DNA of 31,349 bases from Nannocystales bacterium (GCA_050633305.1 JBOEGF010000027.1:1-31349), one strand, 5' to 3'; shown: positions 1 to 9,248, counted from the first letter of the stretch. A program made the numbers and translations. Notes: generated by a model from the sequence alone, not told the origin.

Positions 1-1
1 G

Positions 2-74
<73 letters not shown>

Positions 75-83
75 AGAAAAGAG

Positions 84-156
84 AGCGGGAGACGAGGGTC
101 GAACTCGCGACATTCAGCTTGGAAGGCTGACGCTCTACCAACTGAGCTACTCCCGC
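84..156 (-). tRNA. tRNA-Gly(TCC)
   Basis: Acceptor GCGGGAG/CTCCCGC, anticodon arm TCAGC-CT TCC AA-GCTGA, T-loop TTCGACC. CCA not encoded. Confidence 0.96.
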
Positions 157-207
157 GGAGCCTCTCGAGGAGGCTATGTGTTCAAGTTCAAGTCAAAGTC
201 GAAAGAG

Positions 208-290
208 TGGATGGAGTAGGATTCGAACCTACGTAGCGTTAACGCGGCGGATTTACAGTCCGCTCCCTTTAGCCACTCGGGCATCCATCC
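208..290 (-). tRNA. tRNA-Tyr(GTA)
   Basis: Acceptor GGATGGA/TCCATCC, anticodon arm GCGGA-CT GTA AA-TCCGC, long variable arm, T-arm GTAGG-TTCGAAT-CCTAC. Confidence 0.96.
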
Positions 291-332
291 GTGGGGTTCG
301 TCGAAGAACCGGCTTGCTGGTGGGTCTCGTAG

Positions 333-404
333 AGCTGGAGATGGGATTTGAACCCGCAACCCCCTGATTACAAATCAGGTGCTCTACCGTTGAGCTACAC
401 CAGC
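333..404 (-). tRNA. tRNA-Thr(TGT)
   Basis: Starts GCTGGTGTAGCTCAACGGTAGAGC; anticodon arm CCTGA-TT TGT AA-TCAGG; T-loop TTCAAAT. First gene of the conserved Thr-Tyr-Gly-Thr (tufB-type) tRNA cluster. Confidence 0.93.
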
Positions 405-471
405 AAAAAGACCAGCAAAGTTTGCCGCTGTGTTCTTCTCGGGACTCCTTGGCCTGGCGAGGTTGCCAGGT

Positions 472-508
472 GGGCGCGGTGTATATCCCCGAGACTCCGA
501 GCTGTCAA
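472..508 (-). promoter_or_regulatory. sigma70 promoter of the tRNA operon with GC-rich discriminator
   Basis: Minus strand: TTGACA (508-503), 17 bp, TATACA (485-480), then CCGCGCCC. This is typical of stable-RNA promoters. Confidence 0.8.
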
Positions 509-564
509 TACGGGATGTACACGTTCGCGCTGATATGGTCTCAGACCCCGTTCACGGGCACCCA

Positions 565-597
565 CAACCGGCTCGGGCATGTCGCGAGAGCCGGTTG
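565..597 (-). terminator. stem-loop downstream of the HEAT-repeat gene (possible terminator)
   Basis: Perfect 10 bp inverted repeat CAACCGGCTC/GAGCCGGTTG just after the stop at 615. No U-tract. Confidence 0.35.
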
Positions 598-614
598 CGC
601 AACCCGCTAGGACC

Positions 615-2318
615 CTATTCTTCGGGCTCGACTCCAGCGGGACGCAGCCCGGCGATCGTTTCACGGGCCCGCAGAACCGACAGCTGCAGCTTGGCATCCA
701 TGGTGCCCTTCTCGGCGTCGAGCACCCCCTGGAGCGCGTCTACGCAAGGCCCGCACTCGGTGCCTCGGTCGAGCATCCGCATCGGGAGCCACGCCATGCT
801 GACCCGCGCGTCGGGGTTGCGCACCTTGAACGCCTTGGAGATCGCCTCGGCCGCGGCGAGATCGCCCTTCTTGAGGCGGGCCACTTCGAACGCGGCCTTT
901 TCCCGGGCGAACCAATCCGCATCCGCGTCTCCGAGAGTCTTCTCGTAACAAGCCGCATCGGCCTTGCAGGACTCGACCAAGGCGATCCCGTCGTCCCACT
1001 TGGCGAGCTCCGCCTTGACGGTCGCGTCCTTGTTCGTCGCCATCGCGTCCTTGATCGACGCGATCTGCTCTGGCGCCGCAGCGAGGATGGCGAAGCGCCC
1101 CGCGTCCCAGCGCGGCGTGTACTTGGCGTCCGCGAGGACGATCTCGGTGTCGTACTCGCCGGACTTGATGACCTCGTTGAGGCAGCTGACGGCCTTCTCG
1201 CCGCCGATGCGACCGAGCGACTCCATGATCGGGAACAGGTCGCCAGGGTTGTCTGTCGCGACGACGCATCCGCACAACGCATCGGAGGCCTTCTCGTCGC
1301 CGATGAACCCGAGCGCGTTGGCGATCACCGCCCGCAATCCGGCGGCGCTGGCAGCCTCTGCATCGGGCTCTTCCTTCTTCTTGTCATCGGCCGGCTGACA
1401 ATCTTCGGTCGGCATGAAGCCGACGAGATCATCAACCGCCGAGACCGCACCCATCGCGCCGAGGATGCCGGCCGCAGTCTGTTGGATCACGGGCTGCGGC
1501 ACGCCGTTCTTGGCGGCGAGTTCCTGAACCGCAACATGGTCGCCACGGAGCATCTCCAGCACCTTCGGCACCGCCGGCTCACCGATTGCGGCGAGGGCCT
1601 GCTTCGAGCGGATCCCGATGTTGGTGCTCGTCGGAGCATCCGCGACTCGGAACGTCACGGTGAGCAGCGCGTCGACGGCAGAGGGGTCACCGATGCGTCC
1701 CAGGGCCTTTGCGGCCGCACGGTGGACCGCGACGGGCTGCTGTTCCGTCGTCTGCTCCATGGCCTTGATGAGCACCGGGACCGCTCGCTTGTCGCCGAGG
1801 GAGCCGAGGGTCTCCGCCATCATCAAGCGGACCTTGCCCGCGTCGGTCTTCGAATCGTCGAGCGAGGGCGTCGCGATGATCTCTTCGAACAGCTCGACGA
1901 TCTTCTCGACCGAACCGTCGGCCTTCGCCTTCTTGATCCCGTCCAACGCCGTCATCACCTTCGTCCGCGCGCCGGCACTGCCGTCGAGCTCGAGCGCCAT
2001 GTTCCACACCGGAGCGCCTTCGGGACGACCGACTTTCCGGAGCAGGTCGAGCATCTTCTCTTGCTGCTCTTCTGCATCCCCGTAGATCTCCTCGAACGCG
2101 GGGATGACCTTCACAGCGAAGTCCTCGATCAGGTCCTCGTTGCCCTGAGCGTCCAGGACCGTGGCGGTCAGCGTCTCAAGACCGCTGAAGCCCTGGGACC
2201 GAGTCTCGGCGTTCTTGATGAGCTCGACGTGGGTCTCGAACTTGTTGGGATCGGACTTTTTGCAAGCACTCGTCAGAACAAGTGCGGAGAAGAGCGTGGA
2301 CACGATGATCTTGCGCAT
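615..2318 (-). CDS. HEAT/PBS-lyase repeat lipoprotein (567 aa)
   Basis: ATG at 2318 preceded by GGAGG; lipobox signal MRKIIVSTLFSALVLTSAC; repeated units such as AETLGSLGDKRAVPVL, AKALGRIGDPSAVDAL and ANALGFIGDEKASDAL. Confidence 0.85.
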   Translation of the reverse strand: MRKIIVSTLFSALVLTSACKKSDPNKFETHVELIKNAETRSQGFSGLETLTATVLDAQGNEDLIEDFAVKVIPAFEEIYGDAEEQQEKMLDLLRKVGRPEGAPVWNMALELDGSAGARTKVMTALDGIKKAKADGSVEKIVELFEEIIATPSLDDSKTDAGKVRLMMAETLGSLGDKRAVPVLIKAMEQTTEQQPVAVHRAAAKALGRIGDPSAVDALLTVTFRVADAPTSTNIGIRSKQALAAIGEPAVPKVLEMLRGDHVAVQELAAKNGVPQPVIQQTAAGILGAMGAVSAVDDLVGFMPTEDCQPADDKKKEEPDAEAASAAGLRAVIANALGFIGDEKASDALCGCVVATDNPGDLFPIMESLGRIGGEKAVSCLNEVIKSGEYDTEIVLADAKYTPRWDAGRFAILAAAPEQIASIKDAMATNKDATVKAELAKWDDGIALVESCKADAACYEKTLGDADADWFAREKAAFEVARLKKGDLAAAEAISKAFKVRNPDARVSMAWLPMRMLDRGTECGPCVDALQGVLDAEKGTMDAKLQLSVLRARETIAGLRPAGVEPEE

Positions 2319-2500
2319 GGGACTTCCTCCTCGTCGGTGGGGCAGCGGTAGGGGGTTCGCCGCCGGGTCGAGGCGACATCCTACGCTCGGGCGCAACTTG
2401 CGCCAAGTACGAACACGCGCCCGCCGTTCTCCATCCTGTTGTCCGGACGGAGCACGGACACGACGCGTGCTCAGGGGCAGACCGAACCGGCCGGCTCGGT

Positions 2501-3238
2501 CTAGCGGCGGCCGACGCGTCGCTTGCCCGGCTTGGGCACACGGGCGCGAGGGGTCGCCTTCTTGGTGGTCTTCTTGGTGGTTTTCCGAGCCGAGGCTCGC
2601 TTGGAGTTCTCGAGCTCGGCGTGCTTCACGACGATCGTATCGTCGTCGTCGCGGCGAGCACCGGACGCCCGAGGCGTCGGGATCGCAGCGACCCGCGAAG
2701 GAGCCTTGGCGGCCTTCTTGGCGGCAGTTTTCGGCGCGGCCTTCTTGGCATTGGCAGCCTTCTTGGGCGGCGTCTTGACCGGGGAAGCCTTGGAGGCCGC
2801 TTTGGCCGGGCCCTTCGACGCGGGTTTCGACTGGGCCTTGGCCGGAGCAGGCCGGCGCGCGGCCTGGCGGCGCTCTTTGCGAGGCGGCGGCGGCTCTCCG
2901 CCCATGGCCACGTTGCCAGCGAATGTCGCGCCATCGGCCACGATCACGCGCGGCGCAGTGATGTCGCCCACCAGCTTGGCTCCCGCGTTGAGCGTGACCG
3001 AGTCCTCGGCCGTGACGTTGCCTACGACCACGCCGCTGACGACGATGTCACGGGCCTGAACCGTGGCGACCACGATGCCGCCGGGGGCCACGAAGACGGT
3101 CTCCGTGAGAACAACGCTGCCCTCGAGCCGGCCCTCGATGTGGAGATCTTCTTCACCGCTGACGCGGCCGCGAACAAAGATGCCCGGGCCTATCAACGTA
3201 GCCGCCTCGGCGGCGGTGCTTTGAGACTGACGAGCCAT
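2501..3238 (-). CDS. bacP: bactofilin with long Lys/Ala/Pro-rich C-terminal tail (BacP-like)
   Basis: Bactofilin beta-helix pattern IGPGIFVRGRVSGEEDLHIEGRLEG...GDITAPRVIVADGATFAGNV followed by a basic low-complexity tail. Third gene of a triplet arranged like Myxococcus bacNOP. Confidence 0.85.
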   Translation of the reverse strand: MARQSQSTAAEAATLIGPGIFVRGRVSGEEDLHIEGRLEGSVVLTETVFVAPGGIVVATVQARDIVVSGVVVGNVTAEDSVTLNAGAKLVGDITAPRVIVADGATFAGNVAMGGEPPPPRKERRQAARRPAPAKAQSKPASKGPAKAASKASPVKTPPKKAANAKKAAPKTAAKKAAKAPSRVAAIPTPRASGARRDDDDTIVVKHAELENSKRASARKTTKKTTKKATPRARVPKPGKRRVGRR

Positions 3239-3241
3239 CGC

Positions 3242-3556
3242 TTAGCCATCCATGTCGACGTTGCCCTTGAACGAGGCTCCGTCGGCGATCAGGATGCGCG
3301 GCGCGTGGATATCTCCGACCACGCGACAGTTGCTCTTGAGCTCGGCGCGCTCGCTGGCGACGACGTCTCCGGTCACCGTCCCGAGGATGGTGATGGTGGC
3401 GGTCTCGACGTTAGCCTCGAGAACCCCGCTCTCCTCGACGAAGATGTTCTGCCGCAAGGCGACGCGTCCTTTGACGGTGCCTTGGACGACGAGATCCTCG
3501 TCGCCAGTGATTTCGCCGTCGATGACGATGGTGCTTCCTATGACGGTATTAGCCAT
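3242..3556 (-). CDS. bacO: bactofilin (BacO-like), 104 aa
   Basis: MANTVIGSTIVIDGEITGDEDLVVQGTVKG...GDIHAPRILIADGASFKGNVDMD; start taken at the ATG at 3556. Confidence 0.88.
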   Translation of the reverse strand: MANTVIGSTIVIDGEITGDEDLVVQGTVKGRVALRQNIFVEESGVLEANVETATITILGTVTGDVVASERAELKSNCRVVGDIHAPRILIADGASFKGNVDMDG

Positions 3557-3614
3557 GAAACCGCGTGCTTTCTTGGTCGTGCGAACTGCAGAGAGAAGGG
3601 GAATCGGAGGAGGG

Positions 3615-3998
3615 CTATCGCGCAGCCTTGCGGAGTTCGTCGGGGAGATCGACTTCCATCTCGACCGCACCATCGAAGTGCGCGCCGTCGTGGATGATGA
3701 CCCGAGGTGCGCGTACGTTGCCGGAGACTTGGGCACCCCGCTCGATCGTGATCGAGCGGGAGGCCACGATGTCGCCCCGGATCTGACCGAGAACGGCGAT
3801 GCTCTCGATCTCGAGGTCGGCCTCGACCTCTCCGGACTGGGCGACGACCAAATGGCCAGCCAACGACACGGAGCCCTCGACGCGGCCTTCGATGACGAGG
3901 TCTTCTTGTCCGCTGAGCGCTCCACGAACCGCGGTCTGCGGCCCGATCACACAGACGGTCGACGAGGGGGTGGTGCCGCGGGAGTTGGTGTTGGCCAT
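3615..3998 (-). CDS. bacN: bactofilin (BacN-like), 127 aa
   Basis: VIGPQTAVRGALSGQEDLVIEGRVEG...PRVIIHDGAHFDGAVEMEVDLPDEL; start taken at the ATG at 3998. Confidence 0.85.
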   Translation of the reverse strand: MANTNSRGTTPSSTVCVIGPQTAVRGALSGQEDLVIEGRVEGSVSLAGHLVVAQSGEVEADLEIESIAVLGQIRGDIVASRSITIERGAQVSGNVRAPRVIIHDGAHFDGAVEMEVDLPDELRKAAR

Positions 3999-4221
3999 CT
4001 GCGAGTCTTTTTCCGCCCTGAAGCGGGAGCGGACGGTAGCAGCGCCGGGCGAGCCGGCGCAAGGGCGGCCCGGACGATCCTGACGCGTTCGGCCGCAGGC
4101 CCCGTAACCCGACCGAGGTCCGCGCCGATCCGGGGGTTGTGCGTCGAGAACCCCCCGTGGCCGGCCCCTCGACGGTCGACGCAGGCCGGTGGTATGAGCC
4201 GCGCAACGAGGACTGCAGCCT

Positions 4222-5619
4222 GTGACCCAGCCCAAGCCAGAGGCCGCGGAACTCCGCCGGGACCAACTCGTCACCTATTTTGAAGGGGCGGTTCGATCCG
4301 ATCCCTCCACCCACCTCATCGGCACCGAGCTCGAACGCTTCGGTCTGGCCCGAGATGAAGAGGCGGGGGCCTACATGCCCGTACGCTACGCACCCCACGT
4401 CAAGGGTGTGCTCGAGGGCTTAATCCGCGACTACGGGTGGGCGCCCGGCCCCGACCGCGGCACCGATGGCGAAGTTGTCGAGCTCAGGCGCAACGGCGCA
4501 TCGATCACGCTCGAGCCCGGCGGACAGTTCGAGCTCTCGGGGGCTCCGCTGACCAACGTCCACGAGACGTGCGAAGAGTTCTCCGATCACTATGAAGAAC
4601 TCGATGCCGTCTCGCGCCCGCTGGGGCTGACATGGCTTGCGATCGGCTATCACCCGTTCGCCACCCGCGAGCAGATCAACTGGATGCCCAAGGGGCGCTA
4701 CGAGGTCATGCGCAACTACTTGCCCACCAAGGGCAGCATGGCGCTCGACATGATGTCGCGCACCTGCACGGTGCAGGCAAACTTCGACTACAGCTCGGAA
4801 GCGCAGTGCGGGGAGCGGCTCCGACGAGCCTCTGCCCTCGCCCCGATCGTGATGGCGATGTTCGCCAACTCGCCGCTGGTCGAAGGTCAGCCCAGTGGAC
4901 GCGTGTCCTCGCGGAGCTGGGTCTGGACCGACGTCGACAACGACCGCTGCGGGATCCGGCCGTTCTTCTTCGAGCGCCCATTCTCCTTCGAGCGCTACGT
5001 CGACTGGGTCCTCGACGTCCCGATGTTCTTCTTTAAGCGCGGGGGCGAGTACGTCGCTCACCATCAGCCGTTCCGCCACTTCCTCGAGCATGGCGCGGCC
5101 TGCCCCGACGGCACCCATGCCCGCGCAACCTACGATGACTGGCTGCTGCACCTGAGCACTGTGTTCCCCGAGGTCCGGCTCAAACCCCACCTCGAGTTCC
5201 GGTCCGCAGACGCGGTCGGCAGCCGCTTCCTGTGCGCGCTCCCAGCTCTGCTCAAAGGCCTGCTGTACGACGACGCGGCCGGCGAAGAAGCCATGGCGCC
5301 GATCGATGCGCTCTCGTTCGACGAGCGCGTCGGGCTTTGGCACGAGGCCGCGAACGAAGGCTTGAAGTCCGCGCGGGTTCACGAACTCGCAAAGCGTGTG
5401 TTCAAGCTGTCGCAAGAGGCGCTCGAGAAGTTCGACGTCCTCGATTCCAAAGGGCGCCGCGAGTCGCGGTTCCTCGAACCGCTCGCGCCGCTGATCGACG
5501 AGGGCATCTCGCCTGGCGAGGACACCTTGCGGACGCTCGGTGTCGAGAAGCTCGGCACCGATGCAGACGCTCGGACGGCGATTGCGGCGGCGTGGCGCTT
5601 CGCTGGCGTCGAACCGTAG
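4222..5619 (+). CDS. gshA: glutamate--cysteine ligase (GCS2, plant/alphaproteobacterial type)
   Basis: Motifs IGTELE, ITLEPGGQFELSGAP, WMPKGRYEVMRNY, MMSRTCTVQANFD, HLSTVFPEVRLK and EFRSAD. Confidence 0.92.
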   Translation: MTQPKPEAAELRRDQLVTYFEGAVRSDPSTHLIGTELERFGLARDEEAGAYMPVRYAPHVKGVLEGLIRDYGWAPGPDRGTDGEVVELRRNGASITLEPGGQFELSGAPLTNVHETCEEFSDHYEELDAVSRPLGLTWLAIGYHPFATREQINWMPKGRYEVMRNYLPTKGSMALDMMSRTCTVQANFDYSSEAQCGERLRRASALAPIVMAMFANSPLVEGQPSGRVSSRSWVWTDVDNDRCGIRPFFFERPFSFERYVDWVLDVPMFFFKRGGEYVAHHQPFRHFLEHGAACPDGTHARATYDDWLLHLSTVFPEVRLKPHLEFRSADAVGSRFLCALPALLKGLLYDDAAGEEAMAPIDALSFDERVGLWHEAANEGLKSARVHELAKRVFKLSQEALEKFDVLDSKGRRESRFLEPLAPLIDEGISPGEDTLRTLGVEKLGTDADARTAIAAAWRFAGVEP

Positions 5620-5667
5620 CTTTCAGTCGTTCTCGGGAGTTCTCCAGCGGGTGCTCACCGTAGGTTG

Positions 5668-7905
5668 CTACTGCGCCGCCTGTCCGGGCGCCGCGTGCGA
5701 CCGCTCCTGGGGCCGCTCCGGTAGCTTCGTGAGCAGGCCTCGGAGCGGAACCGTATACACCGGTGCCTCCTGAAGTCCGGCCTCGCGCGCGATGGCGTTG
5801 GCCGCCAGTCGCCCCGACGTATGCGCAGCCTCCATGAGCATCGCCGGACACGGGAGCTTCACCCAGTCGCCGGCAAGCAAGAGACCGGGAAGCTCCGTCT
5901 CAACCTCCGGGCGATGCGCCCCCATGCCCACATGGAATGCGGTGAAGTCCCGGCGCAGCTGCAGGTGTTCGTGTTCAATGCTCGCCCCGGCGTAGCAGGG
6001 GAAGAAGTGCTGCATACCCGCGACCAGAGAGTCTCGAACCTCGTCGTCGGCCATGTCATCCGGAACCGAGTAGCAGTGCAGCTCAACCACGCTTCCGCCG
6101 TGTTCGCGGGACCATGCGGCCGCCTCGGGGTCGATACGATCGATGAACGCAGCCGCATCGATGGCACCACGACGCTCGGTCGACACAAAGACGGGCAAGT
6201 CCTCCGGAGCGGGGTGCTTGACCCACAACCGCAGGACGGCATACCGCTGCCCCGCGCGCACGTGGTCAAAACGAGAGACCAACGACGACGCATCGGCACA
6301 GACGGACTCGCTCGCCCGGAGGATCGCCCCCGCCGCGCCGACATCTGCTGCGAGTACCACCGCGTCGAAGACCTCACCGTTGACCTGCCACCTCTCGCCC
6401 TCACGCTCGAGCTGCTCGACCGGAGTCTCGGTCCGAAACTCGACACCGTGCGCCTCGCAGTGGGCCGCGATGGGGTCGACCAGCCCACTCGTGTAGTTTC
6501 CGTCGACGAAGTCGTATCCCAGGCCGTGATCATGGCTGAGGTAGTAGAAGTGAAAGCTCTTGATCAGCTCGGCGGTGGAGAGCCGATCATCATCGGAGAA
6601 GAATGCGCGTGAAAACGCGTTGAACACCGTGCGAAGGTTCTTCGGCAGCTCGGCTCGCTCGGCAAAGGTGGAGAACGGGAGGTCGTCGAACACCTCGAAC
6701 GTCTTCTCCGCGTCGTAGCGGAGGAACGCCTCCATCTCGCGCCCCGCAGGCCCCCGCGCGACCGGACCCAGCGCGTACAACCCTCGACGCGCCAGGTTCA
6801 CGAGGTTGAGGATAGGAGCCTCGCGTTGGTCCGCGAACGAGAGCCGCCGAAGGTCCTCGGTCACGATGGTGTACTCGCCCACCGGGCGCATCGAACGTCG
6901 GACGCCGATGCGGTCGAGCCAATCATCGAGATTGTAGTAGTGGCGAAAGAACGCATGGAATCCGTGCTCGATCGACGCGTCAAATCCGTCGTCGAGACGC
7001 TCCCGCCACCCGGCGACCTTGCCTCCGAGGTAGGGGTTCTTTTCCAGCACGGTGACCTCGAACCCGCGCTCGGCGAGCATGCTCGCCGCCGACAACCCCG
7101 CGAGGCCACCGCCCACCACGGCGACCGACCGAGGTTCGTTCAGCGCGATGGGACGCGTCCGCTCGATGGGCTTCAGCGTGTGGCGATAGCCCCCGAATGC
7201 ACGCTCGATCAAGCGGCCTGCCCAAGAGGGCTGCGCGAGGCGAACCTGATGCCACTGAAACACGATGACGGTCGCGGTACACAGCGCGAGTCCGTAGCCG
7301 AAGTCCTCAATCGGGATCGTCCCCAACCGGAATCCGAGCTGGTACGACTCGCCGTAGTGCACGACCGGACGCCAGGTCAGGTAGCTGTTGAAAACGCCGG
7401 TGAAGGCGCTGACCAGTCCCGCGAACACCCAATACCGGGGCATTCTGAGCATCGCCGTCCCCAGCATGTGGTCGAGTCCGCCGACCAGCCCCAGCGCGAC
7501 CAAGGTCAGCGCGGTGTACCCGGGACCGCCGCCCACGAGCATCGCGAGCCCAGCGGCCAACGCCAGGACGGGCAGCGCGTAGATCCAAACTGAAAGCGAC
7601 GCCCGAGCCTTGGCACCTCCGATGAGCGTCTCCCAGCTGAACACGCAAGCGTAAGGGACGGCGATGAAGAAGAGGACCTCCTCGACGGGGAGACCAAACA
7701 ACTCGATTCCAACGGTGTACCGGGCGTCGAACCACCAGTGCGACCCGGTCACGGCAGAGTCCCAGAGCACAAAAGGCACCGCCACCGTGAAGGTTGCGAT
7801 GACGATGCTGCGAGCGCGCGCCAAGAAGTCGTGCCGCGGCATCAAGCTCAGCGCTACGGGGCCAGCAAGGATCAAGAGGTCGAAGAGCAAGTATTCGGCG
7901 CGCAT
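5668..7905 (-). CDS. fusion protein: membrane lycopene cyclase (CrtYc+CrtYd-type, aa ~1-220) plus CrtU-like FAD-dependent beta-ring desaturase/methyltransferase
   Basis: Two hydrophobic cyclase repeats with VLWD...GLPVEE and VFNSY...TIPIED. Then VVGGGLAGL (FAD), EHGFHAFFRHYYNL, LSTAELIKSFHFYYL, GGSVVELHCY and PAMLMEAAHTSGRLAAN, matching actinobacterial CrtU. One uninterrupted 745 aa ORF. Confidence 0.82.
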   Translation of the reverse strand: MRAEYLLFDLLILAGPVALSLMPRHDFLARARSIVIATFTVAVPFVLWDSAVTGSHWWFDARYTVGIELFGLPVEEVLFFIAVPYACVFSWETLIGGAKARASLSVWIYALPVLALAAGLAMLVGGGPGYTALTLVALGLVGGLDHMLGTAMLRMPRYWVFAGLVSAFTGVFNSYLTWRPVVHYGESYQLGFRLGTIPIEDFGYGLALCTATVIVFQWHQVRLAQPSWAGRLIERAFGGYRHTLKPIERTRPIALNEPRSVAVVGGGLAGLSAASMLAERGFEVTVLEKNPYLGGKVAGWRERLDDGFDASIEHGFHAFFRHYYNLDDWLDRIGVRRSMRPVGEYTIVTEDLRRLSFADQREAPILNLVNLARRGLYALGPVARGPAGREMEAFLRYDAEKTFEVFDDLPFSTFAERAELPKNLRTVFNAFSRAFFSDDDRLSTAELIKSFHFYYLSHDHGLGYDFVDGNYTSGLVDPIAAHCEAHGVEFRTETPVEQLEREGERWQVNGEVFDAVVLAADVGAAGAILRASESVCADASSLVSRFDHVRAGQRYAVLRLWVKHPAPEDLPVFVSTERRGAIDAAAFIDRIDPEAAAWSREHGGSVVELHCYSVPDDMADDEVRDSLVAGMQHFFPCYAGASIEHEHLQLRRDFTAFHVGMGAHRPEVETELPGLLLAGDWVKLPCPAMLMEAAHTSGRLAANAIAREAGLQEAPVYTVPLRGLLTKLPERPQERSHAAPGQAAQ

Positions 7906-7944
7906 GATTCGATGTCCCGAACGCGAGCGGACAGATGAGACAGC

Positions 7945-9219
7945 TCAGGAGGCGCAAAGGGCCGCGGCAAACTCCGCTGGCGCTGCGCTATGGCCGTCGT
8001 CGACGAGTGCATCTCGGAGCTTGCCGAGCGCGCGCTGCTGAATCTGTCGGATCCGCTCGCGGGACAGCGAGTACACCTCACCGATCTCCCGGAGCGTGTG
8101 GCCCTCGTTGCCGTCGAGGCCAAAACGCAGGCGAAGGATCTCGGACTCCATGGGGCGCAGGGTATCCAGCGCCTCTTGGAGGGCGCCGTCGAGTTCAAAC
8201 GACTCCAGACGGGTGTCGACTGCCGGTTCTTCGTCCGAAAGCGCATCGATGCCGCGCGGCCGCGCGCCCTCGCCCGCATCCTCCCGTGGCGCCTGCCGCT
8301 CCAAGAGCACCCGCCCGAGGCGCTCGACCTTTTCGCGGGGTACCTCGGCGAGCGTCGCCAACTCCTGTGCATCGGGCTCCCTCCCGTGCGCCTGCTCGAA
8401 GTCACGACGGATCTTCCCCAGTTTCGCCTGTAGCTCGATGATATGGACGGGCAGGCGAACGGCCCGACCGCGGTCGGAAAGCGCTCGGCTGATCGCGTGG
8501 CGAATCCACCAGCTTCCGTAGGTCGAGAAGCGGAACCCGCGTCGCGGGTCAAACCGGTCCACCGCAGTCAGCAGGCCGACGTTGCCCTCTTGAATGAGGT
8601 CGTCGAGGCTCATGCGACCGCTGCGGAGGTAGCGATGCGCCATGGAGACCACGAGTCGCAGGTTGGCTCGAGCGAACTCGGAACGCGCGGCTTGCAGGTG
8701 CATCCTCGTTCGCTCAATGAGCCGGGCGTAGTCCTCGAACCGTTCCGACTTGCGCTGGGCAGCCCGGAGCTTGAGGTGCCCTCCGTCGTTCCGACCACCC
8801 ATCAACGCTTGGACTTCCGCGTTGAGCTGGTCCGCAACGTCGCAGGACGGGTCGGCATCTGCGAGCTGTTCCGCCAAGGCGACGAGCGCCGGAGAGTCCA
8901 CGGCCAGACCCCGCTTTCCAAACACGTCCCGCTCCGCTGCCCGCAGGTCGACCTTCTTCTGCTTGTCTGCGGGCATCGCTGAAACGATGAGCTCGAGGAT
9001 GCCGCCATGCAGTGGCACGTACGTCAGCATTTCCGCCCAGTACCGCTGTCGGAGGTTCAAAATACGTTGCGCAGAACGAAGCTCCTCGTCGGGCTTCATC
9101 AGGGTCTCGCGCTCGAGCTCCCGGAAGTAGACGTCGAGGGCCCCCTCATCGGATGCCCGGTCCGCGGGAACCAGTCGGTGTGCAGAGGCTCGCGGGGTGG
9201 TTTGGGTCGCTACGTGCAT
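7945..9219 (-). CDS. RNA polymerase sigma-70 factor, RpoD/RpoS-like (group 2 type; no region 1.1), 424 aa
   Basis: ATG at 9219 with AGGAG RBS; region 1.2 [14 protein letters not shown]; region 2 [10 protein letters not shown]...[38 protein letters not shown]; region 4 [20 protein letters not shown]. Confidence 0.92.
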   Translation of the reverse strand: MHVATQTTPRASAHRLVPADRASDEGALDVYFRELERETLMKPDEELRSAQRILNLRQRYWAEMLTYVPLHGGILELIVSAMPADKQKKVDLRAAERDVFGKRGLAVDSPALVALAEQLADADPSCDVADQLNAEVQALMGGRNDGGHLKLRAAQRKSERFEDYARLIERTRMHLQAARSEFARANLRLVVSMAHRYLRSGRMSLDDLIQEGNVGLLTAVDRFDPRRGFRFSTYGSWWIRHAISRALSDRGRAVRLPVHIIELQAKLGKIRRDFEQAHGREPDAQELATLAEVPREKVERLGRVLLERQAPREDAGEGARPRGIDALSDEEPAVDTRLESFELDGALQEALDTLRPMESEILRLRFGLDGNEGHTLREIGEVYSLSRERIRQIQQRALGKLRDALVDDGHSAAPAEFAAALCAS

Positions 9220-9248
9220 GTCGAACTCCTGTTGAAGGTGTAGCATCC

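Noticed and set aside
174..533. Short ORFs over the first 500 bp
   Set aside because: They overlap tRNA genes and the tRNA promoter.
579..2351. 590 aa plus-strand ORF
   Set aside because: Antisense shadow of the HEAT-repeat gene. It is Arg/Gly/Leu-rich with no motifs, as expected opposite a high-GC3 gene.
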